From Novakomyces olei (Eukaryota): a stretch of DNA of 64,000 nucleotides. This document shows, piece by piece, positions 15,123 to 29,026 of this stretch. Position numbers and translations under genes: made by a program. Below the pieces are notes generated by a model that was given only the letters and a program-made list of their open reading frames with translations, was not told where the DNA came from and did no database searches. Every line of letters begins with the position of its first letter. Position 1 is the first letter of the stretch. The stretch lies in the NCBI GenBank assembly GCA_016906335.1, contig JADEYG010000007.1, positions 1,302,001-1,366,000 of the forward strand. The letters run 5' to 3'.

Positions 15123-16901
15123 ATGATTCAAGAAGAGGAGGCATCGTCATTACGGGGCGACGCGCAACCCGCCCCAGAAAATGAACCGCAAAGTGTACCC
15201 GTGTCAGCGCAAACCAGTACAACAGAATCTGGGCTTGATTCGAACGTACAGAGCCAGGACGCGGAAATGATAAAAGAGACCTTGACGATAAAAGAGACTG
15301 AGACGGAAACTATAGTCGACGGAGCCGATTCAGCTTTGCATGCTGCAGATGGCCATTGCAGGCAACGAGGTACGACTTTTGACAATAATAAAACAGTCGG
15401 AAAAGATAGTGAAAATTCGGAACATTCAGTATCAGATTCAGGTTCCGACAGCGGTTCGAGCAGTTCTAACGACGACTCTGATTCAGATGACGAAGAGTCC
15501 GTTTCGACCTCCGATAGCAGCTCCGAGTCCGGCAGTTCTGATTCTAATTCTGATGTCGAAATGACTGCTGAAGAAAGGGAGCGTTTTCTAGCTATGGACG
15601 ATACGCAAGAAGGCAATTCGGCTGTCCCGCTGGCAACGAGGAACGAGAGGCAAGAACAGGTCCTTGAACCCAAGCAAGGTCTCGTTATTCCACCCGACGC
15701 GTCTATTGAATTATTAGGCAGGATTTCTTCAGTAGCAGAGCTGGTGGTAGTCGTGAGGGCAGAAGCGCCGGCGATGGAGCAAGTAGCAGATCAAGAATCA
15801 CTGGTTGTATTCCAAGATCGCAAAATAATCGGCATGATTGCCGATGTCTTTGGGCCTGTAAAGCAGCCTTACTTTAGCATTCGCTTTAAAAATGAAGAAA
15901 AATTGGCCCAAAGTGGAGTGCAGGTGGGCCAGTACGTGTACCTTGTTCCGGAGTATACAAAGTACGTGGATACAATGCCGCTGAGACTGTTACGTGGTAG
16001 CGATGCAAGCAATGTCAACGACGAGGAAGTGGCAGAGGATGAAGTTGAGTATTCGGACGACGAGCATGAAGCAGAGCATAAGCGTCAAAGGAAACTGGCA
16101 ATAAGAGCAGCTAAAGCTGAGGCTACTACGGCGGCAAGGCATGAACCTAGAAACGCTGTTAAACCTGCACAAGTACCCTCACAGACCCCCAAAGCGAAGG
16201 GAAATAGTACCGGACCGAGCAACGGACCGGGCAGCAGGACCTCTACGCCCGTGCAAAATGTACCGTATACGCCCCTAGAGCGGCCGCATATAGCACGCCC
16301 AAAACTTGATACTGCAGTGGATGAAGAATACGACCCTCACCGGCCGGGGATTGACCCGTTTGCTCAGCGAAGGTACTCTATGGGAAAGACTAGTGGGCAG
16401 CGGAATCCACAGTCTGTCGGGAACTTTACACAGCAAACCTTCAATCAGCAAAGCACTGCCTCTGGCGTTTCCCCAATGGTGCAAGGAATGGCACAGACAC
16501 CTATTTCTTTGGGCCGGTATTTTGCTGGTGGTAGAGCAAATGGAGCGCAGCAACAAGGCCATTTCCCGACTGTACCATCACAAGCAGTGAATGAGTATAT
16601 TCGTCAAAACTACCTTATGCAGCAGCAACAACAACAGCAACAACAGCAACAAATGCAGCAACAAATGCAGCAACAAATGCAGCAACAAATGCAGCAACAA
16701 ATGCAGCAACAAATGCAGCAACAAATGCAGCAACAAATGCAGCAACAAATGCAGCAACAAATGCAGCAACAAATGCAACAGCAAATGCAACAACAAATGC
16801 AGCAGCAAATGCAGCAACGAATGCAACAGCAAATGCAAATTCCTGGTCATATACAAGGCCGACCACAATTTCCTAAACCACAAAACGACGGCCGACGATA
16901 A
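15123..16901 (+). CDS. NAF1: H/ACA RNP assembly factor Naf1 with C-terminal (QQQM)n tract
   Basis: S/D-rich N-terminus; Gar1/Naf1 domain IGMIADVFGPVKQPYFSIRF; RGSDASNVNDEEV..EVEYSDDE. Confidence 0.93.
   Translation: MIQEEEASSLRGDAQPAPENEPQSVPVSAQTSTTESGLDSNVQSQDAEMIKETLTIKETETETIVDGADSALHAADGHCRQRGTTFDNNKTVGKDSENSEHSVSDSGSDSGSSSSNDDSDSDDEESVSTSDSSSESGSSDSNSDVEMTAEERERFLAMDDTQEGNSAVPLATRNERQEQVLEPKQGLVIPPDASIELLGRISSVAELVVVVRAEAPAMEQVADQESLVVFQDRKIIGMIADVFGPVKQPYFSIRFKNEEKLAQSGVQVGQYVYLVPEYTKYVDTMPLRLLRGSDASNVNDEEVAEDEVEYSDDEHEAEHKRQRKLAIRAAKAEATTAARHEPRNAVKPAQVPSQTPKAKGNSTGPSNGPGSRTSTPVQNVPYTPLERPHIARPKLDTAVDEEYDPHRPGIDPFAQRRYSMGKTSGQRNPQSVGNFTQQTFNQQSTASGVSPMVQGMAQTPISLGRYFAGGRANGAQQQGHFPTVPSQAVNEYIRQNYLMQQQQQQQQQQQMQQQMQQQMQQQMQQQMQQQMQQQMQQQMQQQMQQQMQQQMQQQMQQQMQQQMQQRMQQQMQIPGHIQGRPQFPKPQNDGRR
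16620..16838 (+). repeat. Coding 12-nt minisatellite CAGCAACAAATG (QQQM, ~16 units) after a poly-Q run
   Basis: ATG every 12 nt from 16653 to 16833. Confidence 0.97.
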
Positions 16902-17015
16902 CGATAAAGGCACAGGTATTACAATCGATTACGGCAAAGACTAGGTTTAAAAAGGCATGTTATGAAAACCATACTTGTATATTATCTGTATATAATGGGA
17001 ATAAAATAAAGCAAA

Positions 17016-17719
17016 TCACTCTCCCACTATAATGATGTAAGCGCCCATAATGGCCAGCATAGTGTACTTGAGCCAGGGAAAATCGTTTAGCATGATTGTG
17101 AGGTATCCGACGTAAGGCACATAAGCCCGTACAACGCCAACAACGTCCTTTTCGCGTTCGAGGTACAGCTGATGCCGAGCGTATAATTCGACATCGTCAA
17201 CTCGATTATTATCGCCCTTTGTGAGTATTCGCAAATCATCGCCAGACCGGTAAGCTTTCACCACGCGATGGACAATTGGTATCTTGTGCATATCCACATT
17301 GTATACAACAATGTCTCCAATCCCCACGTTTGCGCCGTGTAAGAACGATTGCACTTCCAGACTAGACGCATTGCTCGCGCTAATATAGTCAACAGTGGGT
17401 CTTCGATTATCGAGCAAAAGCATGTCTCCTCGCTTGAACGCTGGTTCCATTGACCCCCTACACAATTAGCACCAATAATTGATTAAAATGCAGTTAAAAA
17501 ACGTACGACAAAACCACGACAATTGGTGATTCCGAGTCTGCTAGCAGGGAGAGTACCTTGTACCCCATGAAAGCCGATGTTAGAACCATGATCAAATTCA
17601 AGGCTTGCAATAAACCCTAATATGTTAGTACGATGCTGCAACAGTTCTGCACATACTTGTCTGATTGTGACGCCAGAGTGCGCCTTGAATTCGCGCTGAA
17701 CAAACTCCATTATTGGCAT
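17016..17719 (-). CDS. SEC11: Signal peptidase catalytic subunit Sec11, 3 exons
   Basis: SESPIVVVL-GSMEPAFKRGD; IPIVHRV; LTKGDNN; VPYVGYLTI. Confidence 0.96.
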
Positions 17720-17787
17720 AGCAACATGAAGGCTTATTTTGCTCGAGCCAAGGGTTAGATTTATGGTAAAAAGAAGACTAAAAAAGT

Positions 17788-17904
<117 letters not shown>

Positions 17905-17928
17905 TATATTCACATTTGTAAGGACCAT

Positions 17929-20382
17929 ATGGAGGATGCGCCGGCAGATGCAACTGCCAAGCCTGTAAACGCGCCTCCCGAATCAACTCCACTGTCCCAA
18001 TTTTTCCAGTATGCACAGTCTGGGAATATTGCTGGAGCAGAGAATCTTTTAAAAAATAACCTAGTCAAAGCCTCGGATGCCGATAGCGATGGCGTAACCG
18101 CTTTACACTGGGCCGCCATCAATGATCAGATATTGTTTTGTCAGTTTCTTGTGCAACAGGGCGTTCCTGTAGACGTAGTGGGCGGTGCCATTAGAGCTAC
18201 TCCGCTGTTATGGGCGGCAAAGTATGATTCTAATAGGATTCCTTCTTTACTTTGACTAACGATTGCAGAAGGGGAAATGTATCGGCCTCACACTTTCTCT
18301 TAACGAGCGGCGCGAATCCTCGCTTTCGTGATTCTCAGGGGTTTAATGCCTTTCACGTTGCTGTGCATTCATCTAATGTGTTTTTAATTGCCTATTATCT
18401 TCATTTGCACGGGGATTTACGTGACGAGGTAGATGAGCAAGGTCACACTGCTCTCATGTGGGCGGCCTATCAAGGCGATCAGCTCACTATATATATGCTC
18501 CTTGAGTTTGGGTGCGATGTTGGCAAAAAGGACGAGACAGGGCTAACTGCACTGCACTGGGCTACGACCCGTGGCCAGGTCTCCTGCCTTGACCGGCTTG
18601 TTCGTGCTGGGGCAAGTTTAGACTCTGTCTCTGACACGGGCAAGACGCCAGTTTCAATGGCCGAGGAATTGAATTGCTTAGATGCTATGCGTGAGGCTTG
18701 CAAGCTCAATAATTTGACTATATACGGTCAAGAACAGCGAGCACTGTTTTCAAAGGTATTTTATTGGTCTATATTGTCTTGCTCGGTTTATATTTTTATA
18801 TTTTTATATTTTTATATTTTTATATTTTTATATTTTTATATTTTTATATTTTTATATTTTTATATTTTTATATTTTTATATTTTTATATTTTTATATTTT
18901 ATACTTTAATGTTTTTATATTTTTATATTTTTTGGTCCATCTTCATGCTGACCTGCTAGAAATGGTCAAAAATTTTAATGTACACGCTGCCATTCCTTCT
19001 TATCGGCTTGGGAGGCACTGTGTTATCGATTTGGCCATCTTTTATTGCATTCCCAGTGATTATAGCAGTTTCCATGATCTCCTTTACGTCGGTAAAACGT
19101 TATTGTCTCTCCTTCCGAGACCAACTAAATATAGCCTTTACAACGGTATGTAAAATGCCTCTTGTCATTTCTTCGCTAATGCTATTGGTAGCCTATAATG
19201 CTGGGCATTTTACACGGAACTTTGTTCTGGCTTATTTTAGTCTTTGTTTTCAGAATTCTACCCGTCTCCCTGTTTATATCACCTTTCTCCACTACATTCT
19301 TGCTGGTGGCCTTTGCGTCTTGTATTTATTTTAATTTGCTGGCTGTTTTAAATGATCCTGGATTTATCAAGCGGTTACCTCTTGAGCAACGGCAGAAGGA
19401 AATAGTGAGTCTAGTGGAGTCTGGCGAGTTTGATGGCTGGCGATGGAGTATCAATGACTTTGTACGCTTGCCATTGCGATCGAAATACTGTCATATATGT
19501 GAGCATGCAGTCGCTAAAATGGACCAGTAAGTTTCATCGTTCTATTTTCTCGCATGTATTAACCGCATCAGTCATTGCGCGTGGACTTTTAACTGTGTCG
19601 GTGTTGGCAATCATCAAGCTTTCGTATTGTTTCTCCTTTCGATCGTGGCAGGGTACCCCTATATGATATATTTGACTTTTATATGTAAGTTAAGTGCATC
19701 CATACATATATGTGCACGTTTTTTCAATTTTTTTGAAATTGATTGCTTTTTGGGCAAAGTCTAGTTTTGTTTAATTCTTCTTGTCTGATCCCTATTTCTC
19801 TTTCGAGTATTAATACTAAATTGTCAAGACCTCGGCCAAGTACGCGTAGAGCCTGTTCAATCATGCATTTTGGCAAGCGAGAGCTTCTGTTCATTTTTGG
19901 AAAAAGATACTTTTACTATCAGCATTGTGTCGTGGGGTTTTGTAAACAGTTTATGGGTCTTATTTCTGGCTTTAACGCAGATTTATCAGATATCAAGAGC
20001 AATTTCTACAAATGAAGTGATTAATGTGAGACGCTTCGGGTTCATGGGAGGCGGATCAAGGATTGATCAGCAAAATAATGGCGGCTCTTCCGGGAGAAGG
20101 AATAATATATCACACTCTGGGATGTTCAAGCGTCTTACACGTCTAATAGGTGTCGACCTAGTGGCAACTAATTTGTCTCAAGGGACCCAAAATCAGCGGC
20201 AAGTCAATCCCTTTGATCGAGGTTCGACTCTGGGAAATTGCACTGATTTTTGGGCAGACTTGTTTTCTCAGCCAGAGCGTCTAGTTCTTGGCAACAGAAG
20301 CGAGCAATGTACGACTATGGGCGTTTTGTTTGGGAAAGCTGTAGACTACGCAAAGCTTCGGGATGTTCCACAGCAAGTATAG
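17929..20382 (+). CDS. AKR1: Ankyrin-repeat DHHC palmitoyltransferase Akr1, multi-exon
   Basis: Ankyrin repeats (GVTALHWAAIN, GHTALMWAAYQG); [32 protein letters not shown] across an intron; STNE; NPFDRG. Confidence 0.95.
18788..18930. repeat. Intronic 8-nt tandem repeat (TATTTTTA)n
   Basis: Read directly, inside an AKR1 intron. Confidence 0.95.
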
Positions 20383-20478
20383 CATTAATGCATTATTTCT
20401 TTCGTAGCATTTATTTTCGTTACAATAATTTGTGCCGTCATGACTAAATTTCATTAAATTTATATACTTACTACAAGC

Positions 20479-22302
20479 CTACCTGAGGCTTCCTCCAACC
20501 TTGGTTTCGATTTTCTTATTTCTGTTTTTAAACCAGGCTGGAGCTGTTGGATTCCATTTCTCCAAAGGGTCTCGCCTGATCTGGATCCCGACTCCGTTTA
20601 TCGATTCAATTTTTAAATTTGCTTCTCCAAACTTGCCGCCTATCGATAGATAGCCGAGTCCGTTCAGCACTATGTCAGCATAGATTTCCGCAGCATTGGT
20701 GCCCCTTAAATGTAAGTCCTCTACTACTTTTAGCGTTGGCTCCACAATAAAGCGCGGTAACGTGTATTGTATTTTATTACTGTCATCCGGGAGCTTCTTT
20801 AATTCTGACCGTATTTTGTCTTCACCTCCGAGCGTCCACGGAAGTTTTGAATTGTTAATCAAAATCATGTGCGCTGATCTTGATCCTGCAGTCTCGTCAT
20901 CCGGTTTCGTAAATGTCAAAAGAGCTAGTCCACCAATACTAACCGTTTGTCCTAGAAAAAACCTGTGTCAGCTAAAGATCCATTTTGTACGGAGTCTTAC
21001 CTGGGAAAATGCTTAATGTCTGTGGTCTCTGGAACTTATCCGGAACGTAAGTCTTCACCTTCGAAGGCCGTATAAACTGAGCCAAAGACTCTAAGGAACT
21101 CTTGCCAGGTGTATCAAACGTAACTCCTGCGTCAGATCCCAATTCATCCTTGAAAATATCGCTCGGGTACGCGATTGGCCGCAGTGTCGTTCCTGGAACA
21201 AAACTGTCTATGGGATAATACGATTTGTCAGGTCTGCACCTCAATCGTTTCATTATTGCCTTCAGCAGAGTAGATTTGCCACTGTTATTCATTCCTGTGA
21301 ATATCAACTTTTGTCCTGACTTTCGTAGACTCTTAATCTCGTTTACAAGAGGCCCAATGCCCCAGCCCTTGATAGAGCTTGCAAAAACAAATGTTTTTGG
21401 TCGGAAAGTGAGCTTTTTAATACCATGCTTGATGAAATAGTCCGCAAACTGTTTTATATGCTCTGGGTTTCGAGCAATTAAATCAATACGATTGAAAACC
21501 ACAATGACTGTCTTGCCCAAAAGTTGTTGTGGCGTAAAAATAAACTGATTCGGCTCAGAACTCTTTGGAAAGTCTAGACTGTCAATAGTCAATACGACAA
21601 GATCATCGCTCGGCCGATCAGTGAGTTCAGAGACGGATGATTCATCAAACGGGATTCGCTCTTTAAACTGATAATCTTTCCCATCAATACTATTTCCTCC
21701 ATGATGTACAAGGCTGTGGCACCGTGCACATAAAACTCGAGCTGGCGGATCTCTAGCAATTGGCTCAAACTTGGATTTATCATCAAATTCAGGCACTACG
21801 AGCTTGCGCACGTCTGCGTCCAAATTTTCTAAAGCTAATTTGTATATTTGATCTTGCATATCTTGCTGCCTTTGTCTCAATTCAGATTTGCTCGCCGCTT
21901 TCACACTTTGCTGTGCTTTCTGTTCCCCGTTTTCATGGCGCCCTTGAAGCTTTGAAAGCTTGGACTGATCAACGTACCCTGGCGAGTCGGGAACTTTGCT
22001 CTGAAACGGAACTCCGCACCCTGAGATGTTAGAAAGAGCCTTAAAAACAATTAAAATCAATTATACAGATCGATAAAGACTTTGAAATGAAATTATTTTG
22101 TACCTGAGCATACGAGCTCTGCTACTGGAGCTGTCGGGACCTGATTGCGCTCGTATCTAGTTGTGCAAATGTACCTGGCACAACCAAGTTTTGCCTTTTC
22201 CGAGCTGAAGCATTTATGTGCTCTGGCTGGAAAAACGGTGGCTGCTCGAAGCACGCTTACTGCTGATCCGCATCGTCTCGGATGAAGAGATCGCCGAAGC
22301 AT
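20479..22302 (-). CDS. GEP3: Mitochondrial circularly permuted GTPase Gep3/Mtg3 (YqeH/NOA1-like), 3 exons
   Basis: Mitochondrial-type N-terminus; C.GCGVPFQ and CARCHSL zinc motifs; NRID (G4), GMNNSGKSTL (G1), PGTT, DTPG in permuted order. Confidence 0.85.
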
Positions 22303-22497
22303 TTGTTTGCCTCGAAGGCGTTGACACGGACAGAAACTGCTAATCACTCGCTATATTATTTTTTATTTTCTAAATTATAATTCTTTTTTATATTCTACGG
22401 ACTCTTCTTGATAAGCCCAATTCAGGGTGGTCGAATTACATGGGAAACACACGTAGAATAAATTAAGCTTCGAAATATAATCAAAATATCGAAAAAA

Positions 22498-22622
22498 ATA
22501 ATTAATTAATTAATTAATTAATATTTATTAATTTTTATATGTTATTAATATTTATTAATATTTATTAATATTTATTAATATTTATTAATATTTATTAATA
22601 TTTATTAATATTTATTTATTTT
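22498..22622. repeat. AT-only compound repeat (TAAT)n/(ATATTTATTA)n in the GEP3/EMC5 divergent promoter
   Basis: Read directly. Confidence 0.9.
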
Positions 22623-22684
22623 TATATCTCAATTAATTATCACAATTCGATTGATATTTCGTGCTGGCTCAGTGAGCGGGCGAT

Positions 22685-23206
22685 ATGATCGCTGCTGCCG
22701 TTTTTGTCATTGGGCTAGGACACATTGTCCACGCTGGGTACTCTGCATACGAACACGTGTCGCGCTGCAAGTTAAATGTGGACAGTGACTGCTCGCTGCC
22801 GTACGATGTAAGATAAAAAATAAAATAAAACAAAATAAGAAAAGAAGAACTGCCTGGCCAGTATATTCGCTCAATTCTTACTCTGGTCACGTTGCTGGTA
22901 CTAATTCATTTACAGATCGTCATCGAGGCTACAAGTGCACTAGTCGTAGCCTGCTGTGCGTTAACGTTCTTCTCAAAATATACTCTACGGCCAATAAACT
23001 GGTCGCAATGGACTGCGAAACAAGAGCGCAACAATGAAAGGTAGGGCACTGTTTACGTCACCCGACAAGATGGAGCTATTACTCACCCGCCTAGTTCATT
23101 ACCATTTCTTCGTTATCGGCCGGGATTCATGGACGTTGCGGCGGAAAGGCAGGAGTACTCGCGAGCAAAGGAGGCAGCGGCTGCTGCTTTAAAAAATGGA
23201 GAATAA
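22685..23206 (+). CDS. EMC5: ER membrane complex subunit 5 (MMgT family), 3 exons; absent from the ORF track
   Basis: Spliced MIAAAVFVIGLGHIVHAGYSAYEH...LPYD-IVIEATSALVV...LRPINW...RPGFMDV. Confidence 0.88.
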
Positions 23207-23551
23207 ATTGGTCAGCAATATAAATGATCGGCATCAATTATGTAGAGCCAGCCAAACGTTCAAGACATCTGTTTTGTAGAGTGTAAATAAAACTTGGCAT
23301 TGGTGTCTGGTTGTGGTCAAAGCCATATTAAAGCTGACAAAGCCGTGACCGAGTTTGGCTCGGCAAATTGAGCTAGAGCCTTTTCGGTGTACAGTATGAT
23401 TATTATTGTGTATTATTTCGCAATACAATAATCATCATCTTTATTGTATGAATTATATTATTTACAAATTGCGTATATAATTAAATTGTATGTAACAAGC
23501 CAGACTCGTATGCCGTAATAGCGCACGCTCTCTGGCGAAACGAGGAGAAGC

Positions 23552-24770
23552 ATGTTTCGTTCACCGCAAAATCCTCTCGAGGCCGATGTCGCAAAGGCGA
23601 CGGATGAAAATCTCACTAGCGAAGACTGGGGAGCCGTTCTTGCCGTCTGTGACAAGGTCAATGCCGACCCGGAGAATGGGTATTCTTATGATGTAAATGC
23701 CACTCTAACCCGCTAGAGCGCGAAATGTAGTGCAAATGATACAGAAACGGTTAGCGCATCGCAGCGCAAACGTTCAGCTTTACGCTCTTACGGTACAGTA
23801 CACACGTGAATTCGAACACTGATCTTCTAACACCTTTAAGCTTGCCGAGTCTGTGCAAAAAAACTGTGGCACTAAAGCTAACCGAGAACTTGCGTCCCGT
23901 TCCTTCTCACAGGCTTTGATCAGGGTTGCTACTGACCGCACCGTACATCGGCAGGTCAAATCAAAGATCGCGGAACTTGTGGATTCATGGGCCAACGAGT
24001 TTAGCTCGGATCCCTCACTTGGTATAATGGAGGAAACACGTACTCAGCTTCGGCTACAGAGTAAGTTTGAAGGACGCGACAGTCGAATTAAATAGATAAA
24101 CCAAATTACAAGCAGATGGCAAAATACTAACAGCCTGTAGACGTTTCTTTTGATCCTCCCTCACGGCCGCAGAAAAAGGCTATCTCTGACGACGACCGCA
24201 GAAGGGAAGAGGAAGAATTACAATTGGCTTTAGCTATATCACTGCAGGAGAGCGAGAAACGCAGTGCAGAGAACAAGACCGTAGATGCTGGCACCAAGAG
24301 CTCTGGTTCGAACCAAGCTTCCAGTGAGCCTGGTCAGCAGCCGCCGACTGTGGCTTCCTTGGTGAGCAGGGTCAAAGCTCTCTATGATTTTACTGCCTCT
24401 GAGCCGGGGGAACTAAGCTTCCGTCAAGGTGATATTATTCATGTACTGGACGCTGTTTATAAGGATTGGTGGCGTGGCTCCTTAAGAGGTGAAGTTGGCA
24501 TCTTTCCAACAAACTACGTTGAAAATCTGCGAGAGCCTACTCAAGCGGATTTACGTAAAGAAGCCGAAGACGAGATATCTGTGTTTGGAGAAGTTAAGAA
24601 CGTCGAGAGGCTTTTGTCTATATTGAGTACCGCTAGTCCTGCGGCTGCTGAAGACGATGAAGTGCAGGTGGGGATGATTTATTCGCTTTGTTCAATTCAA
24701 GAATGATTTTAGTTACGGAATATTGTTTACTTGCCTATATATATACATATATATATATGTGTGTGTGTGT

Positions 24771-24845
<75 letters not shown>

Positions 24846-25595
24846 TTGTCTAACCTCTAGCGGCTATACAACTCGGTCATGGCTGTCCGGCCCAAGCTTG
24901 TTCGTCTCATTGAAAAGTATGCTACGCGCAAGGATGAGCTAATGACGTTGAACGAAAAGTTCCTCCGTGCGCGTCGTGATTACGACTTGATGATGGAGAA
25001 TGTCATGAACCAATATTCTCAGCAACAGCATCCACTACGTACAGGGGAAGACTATCCATCAGAGTATGGCGTGCCGTCTATCCCGAATAGAAATGGAGCA
25101 GTAGACGCACGGTATCCTCCCGTACTTTCGCCGGGTTACGAGGCATCTTTGAGTAACAATAATAAAATATACCCGCAATACTCTGGCAGCACTTACCCAA
25201 CACCCGATCATCATACTTTGTCACAAGCTGGACAGGCAGCACTATCGACACCTCCACCTTCAGCGCCGCCGGTGGCAAACAATTTTCCTGCCGCTCCAAA
25301 TGCACAGAGCATTGGTTACTACTCAAACAGTCCGGCGGCAGCAGCTTCTCAGACAAGCAACCCGGCCTCTTCGCCGGGCCGTACTTCAACAGCAATTCCT
25401 GCCTCAAATTTCACTGGCCCACCTCAGGGATACGGGTACTATCAAACATCGGCACCTACTCCTGCGGCTGCTACTCAACCTGGTCAAGCGTTATGGCCAA
25501 TTAATTCGCCCACCAACCCGTCGATACCACGGCCTAATCTACAGACTCGGCCACGAGCGAGAGGGGACAGTATTGGCACGAGTTCTCAGCACTGA
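23552..25595 (+). CDS. HSE1: ESCRT-0 subunit Hse1/STAM (VHS-UIM-SH3), multi-exon
   Basis: [13 protein letters not shown] (VHS); [16 protein letters not shown] (UIM); [24 protein letters not shown] (SH3); Pro-rich tail. Confidence 0.96.
24739..24846. repeat. Intronic (TA)n(TG)n(TTTA)n compound microsatellite
   Basis: Read directly, inside an HSE1 intron. Confidence 0.95.
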
Positions 25596-26457
25596 TATAA
25601 TTATGATAATAATATGACCACGATATGATTATGATATTACCATAATTACAATGGTTTACATTACATGCAAATGACTATTGTTCACATTTAGTTTTGACCG
25701 TTAAAGCCACGTCTAATGGGTGCTTATTAGAAGTGATCGTATTGTATGGACTCCAAATATTTGAGCGACTGGCATTACTGCAGTTCTTAATATTTAGACT
25801 TCAGCAAATGCTACAAGTCGTGTTTCAAGGAATGGCACGATTGGTGCCGTCTCGCTCAAATCGTGGAGCTAAAAGACACGCTAATTATCTTTACCCGGAG
25901 CTGGAGTTCCTAACGATACGAGTTTATACTTGGAAAGCAGTTTGTAATAATTAAATCTGACAATGATCAATTCATGTCCCACTCGGAAAGCCTGTGACTA
26001 AAGTCTAACGCAGTGAAGCAAATGAGAAAATGATTGAATCAACGCAAACGCAAAGCATCAAGGAAACCGTGAATGGGGGAATAGGAGAGAGATTAGCGGA
26101 ATTCCACCAAGGTTTAAGAGTTAAATGTCATAATGCTCTAAAAGATTGAATCGAGATGTAAGAGTAAGAAAAATATACGAGAGCAAAGCAACAGCAGAGA
26201 GACAAGGGCGACTAAATTATGCAAGCAAACAGGCAGCGTCGCTGAGTGCTTTGTATATGAATCAAACTCTTGTATGCACTCTCTCTATTGTCTTTGGACC
26301 TTGTTTGTATATTTTAAACGAAGGACGATAAAACAGAATTACAAAATTACAAAATCAAATTAAAAAAAGCAAAACTGAAAAACTGAAAAACAATAAAAGA
26401 ACGATAAATGAGAAAACATAATTAAAGAACATCCAAAAATGACCAAGCTTTATTTTC

Positions 26458-28481
26458 TTAATTGTCTTGAACCATGGGAGAATGGTCAGCGCCTCCATTG
26501 TGCGAACTACCATTCTCACCGTCCTCAGACGAAGTCTCACGGCCCTCAGGCTCAACTGGATCATTAAACTCTGTGACCCAACCGCAAGCTCTGTCGACTG
26601 CCCGGTTCCAGCGGTCATAGTTTGCTCGTCGGGACTCGTCTGTGATAGATGGCTTATACACCATCAAAGCATCCTGGTTCAGTTCATATACGGAATCGAG
26701 TCCCTGGAAAAACCCGACGGCGAGTCCAGCGGCAAAAGCTGAGCCAAGGGCGGTTGTTTCCATCATTGCCGGCCGTTCGACATTAATGCCCAGGATATCT
26801 GCCTGCTGCTGCACTAATATTTCAGACTTTGTTAGTCCTCCATCAACTCGCAACCGGTCCAGTGTTTGCCCAGAATCCAAGGCCATTGCGTCCAAGATTG
26901 CTTTAGTCTGGAAGGTGACGGCCTCCACAGCTGCGCGGCAAATGTGTTCCCTGCGCGTGTAAGCAGTCAGACCAAACAGTGAGCCCCGAGCATCGTCCCG
27001 CCAATAAGGCGCAAAAAGACCGGAAAAAGCAGTCACGAAAACTACGCCGGCTGAATCTTCAACACGGGAAACAACGTCGTCCAGCAACTCATCGGGTCCC
27101 ATCACCTTTACTTGGTCTCTCAGCCATTTAATAACGCTGCCGCACACAGCGATAGAGCCCTCGAGGCAGTACACAGGAGGCATGTTTTTAAACTTGTAAG
27201 CACAGCTAGATAAGAGCCCATTGCGTGATTTAACAAGTCTTTCGCCTGTGTTAAAAAGAACAAAGGCTCCTGTGCCATACGTGTTTTTAGCCCCGCCAGG
27301 GAAGACCATACCTTGGCCCATCAAAGCAGCAAACTGGTCCCCTAGGATTCCGGCTACGGGAATATTTGGCAGTGAACTATCTCCCGGCATATGGAAATAT
27401 ACCTCGGAGCAAGTTCTTATCTCTGGCAAGACAAGCTTCTCGCAGCCAAAGAACCGGAGAAGGTAGTCGTCGTACTCGAGTGTATTGATATTGACAAACA
27501 TTGTACGCCCAGCGTTAGTGGCATCAGTTAGATGTAGACCGCCTTTACGGCCGCCCGTCAAATTGTACACTATCCAGCTATCGATCGTGCCAAAGGCAAC
27601 CAGCCTGCGTTCGTACAGATGCCTTATATGCTGATTGTGGTCCAGGATCCATCGTACTTTGACTGCAGCAAAGTATGTGGTAATGGGGAGACCAGAGCGC
27701 TCTGATACCTCTTTGGCGCCTTTGGTTGCGAGCAATTTGTCCACTGTATGAACGGTCCTCGCGTCGCTCCATACTATTGCATTGTACAGAGGTTTGCCTG
27801 TACGCGTGTCCCAAAGTACTCTGCGCAAGTTAGATTAGTGGGTTTGAATCATGATGCACCATCAGGATTGATTGCGGTTTGGCGGTTATGCTGAAAAGCT
27901 TTTTTCAAGTGTTTTTGGACCGTTGTTTGGCTCAAATCCATCTGTACAATAGAGTTTTTCATTGATTTATTTTTGAATTTAATTTTTCTCTCTTGTATTC
28001 TTGATAAAGACTTACGTCGTTTCCCGTTGATTTGTAATGCCAATAGCCGCAATTTCTTCTACCGACAGGCCTTTGTTTTTGAACTGCTCAACGCCCTTGG
28101 CGATGCATTCGTGTACCGTGTCCATGATCTCGTGTGGATCATGTTCAACCCACCTGACGTTAGCTTGCGCATGGCTCAAGAACGCTTACCCTGGGCGACG
28201 GTAGATTTGCTCAAACTCTTTTTGGTAGCTGGCCACAATTTTTGCATCATGATCGAAAATGATTAAACGGGTGCTCGTAGTTCCCTTTGATTAGCGATGG
28301 TTTAGAATTGAACATAATGAAATAAATGAAATCAAAATAAATAAAATGATGAACAGTTAAAAAAGGCGATAGAAGACAAGTGAATTTTTGATGTAATATT
28401 TTTGATGCAATTTAGTGGCCTGCATACCTGGTCGATCGATGCGACATATTTCTTGGGCTTCTCGTCCGATGTGTTGGGCAT
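26458..28481 (-). CDS. GUT1: Glycerol kinase, 4 exons
   Basis: [56 protein letters not shown]. Confidence 0.97.
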
Positions 28482-29026
28482 TGTCTGCTAATCAAATTAA
28501 CTGCTTCAGAACCTAGTTGCCAAATAGCACCAGACAAGGCAGATTGGGCCAGAGACTAAAGTCCAAAAGGGCGCTCTAAGGATGAACGATAGCGGTGGCG
28601 GTATAAGTCTACACCCGTTAGTGTGATCCCCGGATCAGCTCTCGTTATCAGCAAGTCAAATTCGAATAATAGCTGTAAAACAATGGCTAAACTGCGCTTT
28701 CAACTGCCAAGAAAATATTCAGCGTCTTTGGCGTGGACGGCGCCGCTTGAAAAATGCGCCAAAAACTGCCTGCTCTTAAGGCGACGAGGTAATATTTGCA
28801 ATAGGCCAAATCTTTTGACACGAGTGATGCACAATTATATCATACACACTCGTACACAATATTATCCTATTTATTAATTTACATGCGTGCGAAATATCAC
28901 GCGCGCCTCTAACCGTATTTATATTATTAAATGTTTACCTAAAGTCGACACCCTTTCACACTAAGGGATATCAGAAAAAATAAAAAATTTCAGTTTATAT
29001 AAGAAACAAAAAACAGGACGTTGGTT

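Noticed and set aside
25600-26450. Hidden gene in the HSE1-GUT1 convergent gap
   Set aside because: Short ORFs lack family motifs; the pyrimidine-rich - strand fits a long GUT1 3'UTR
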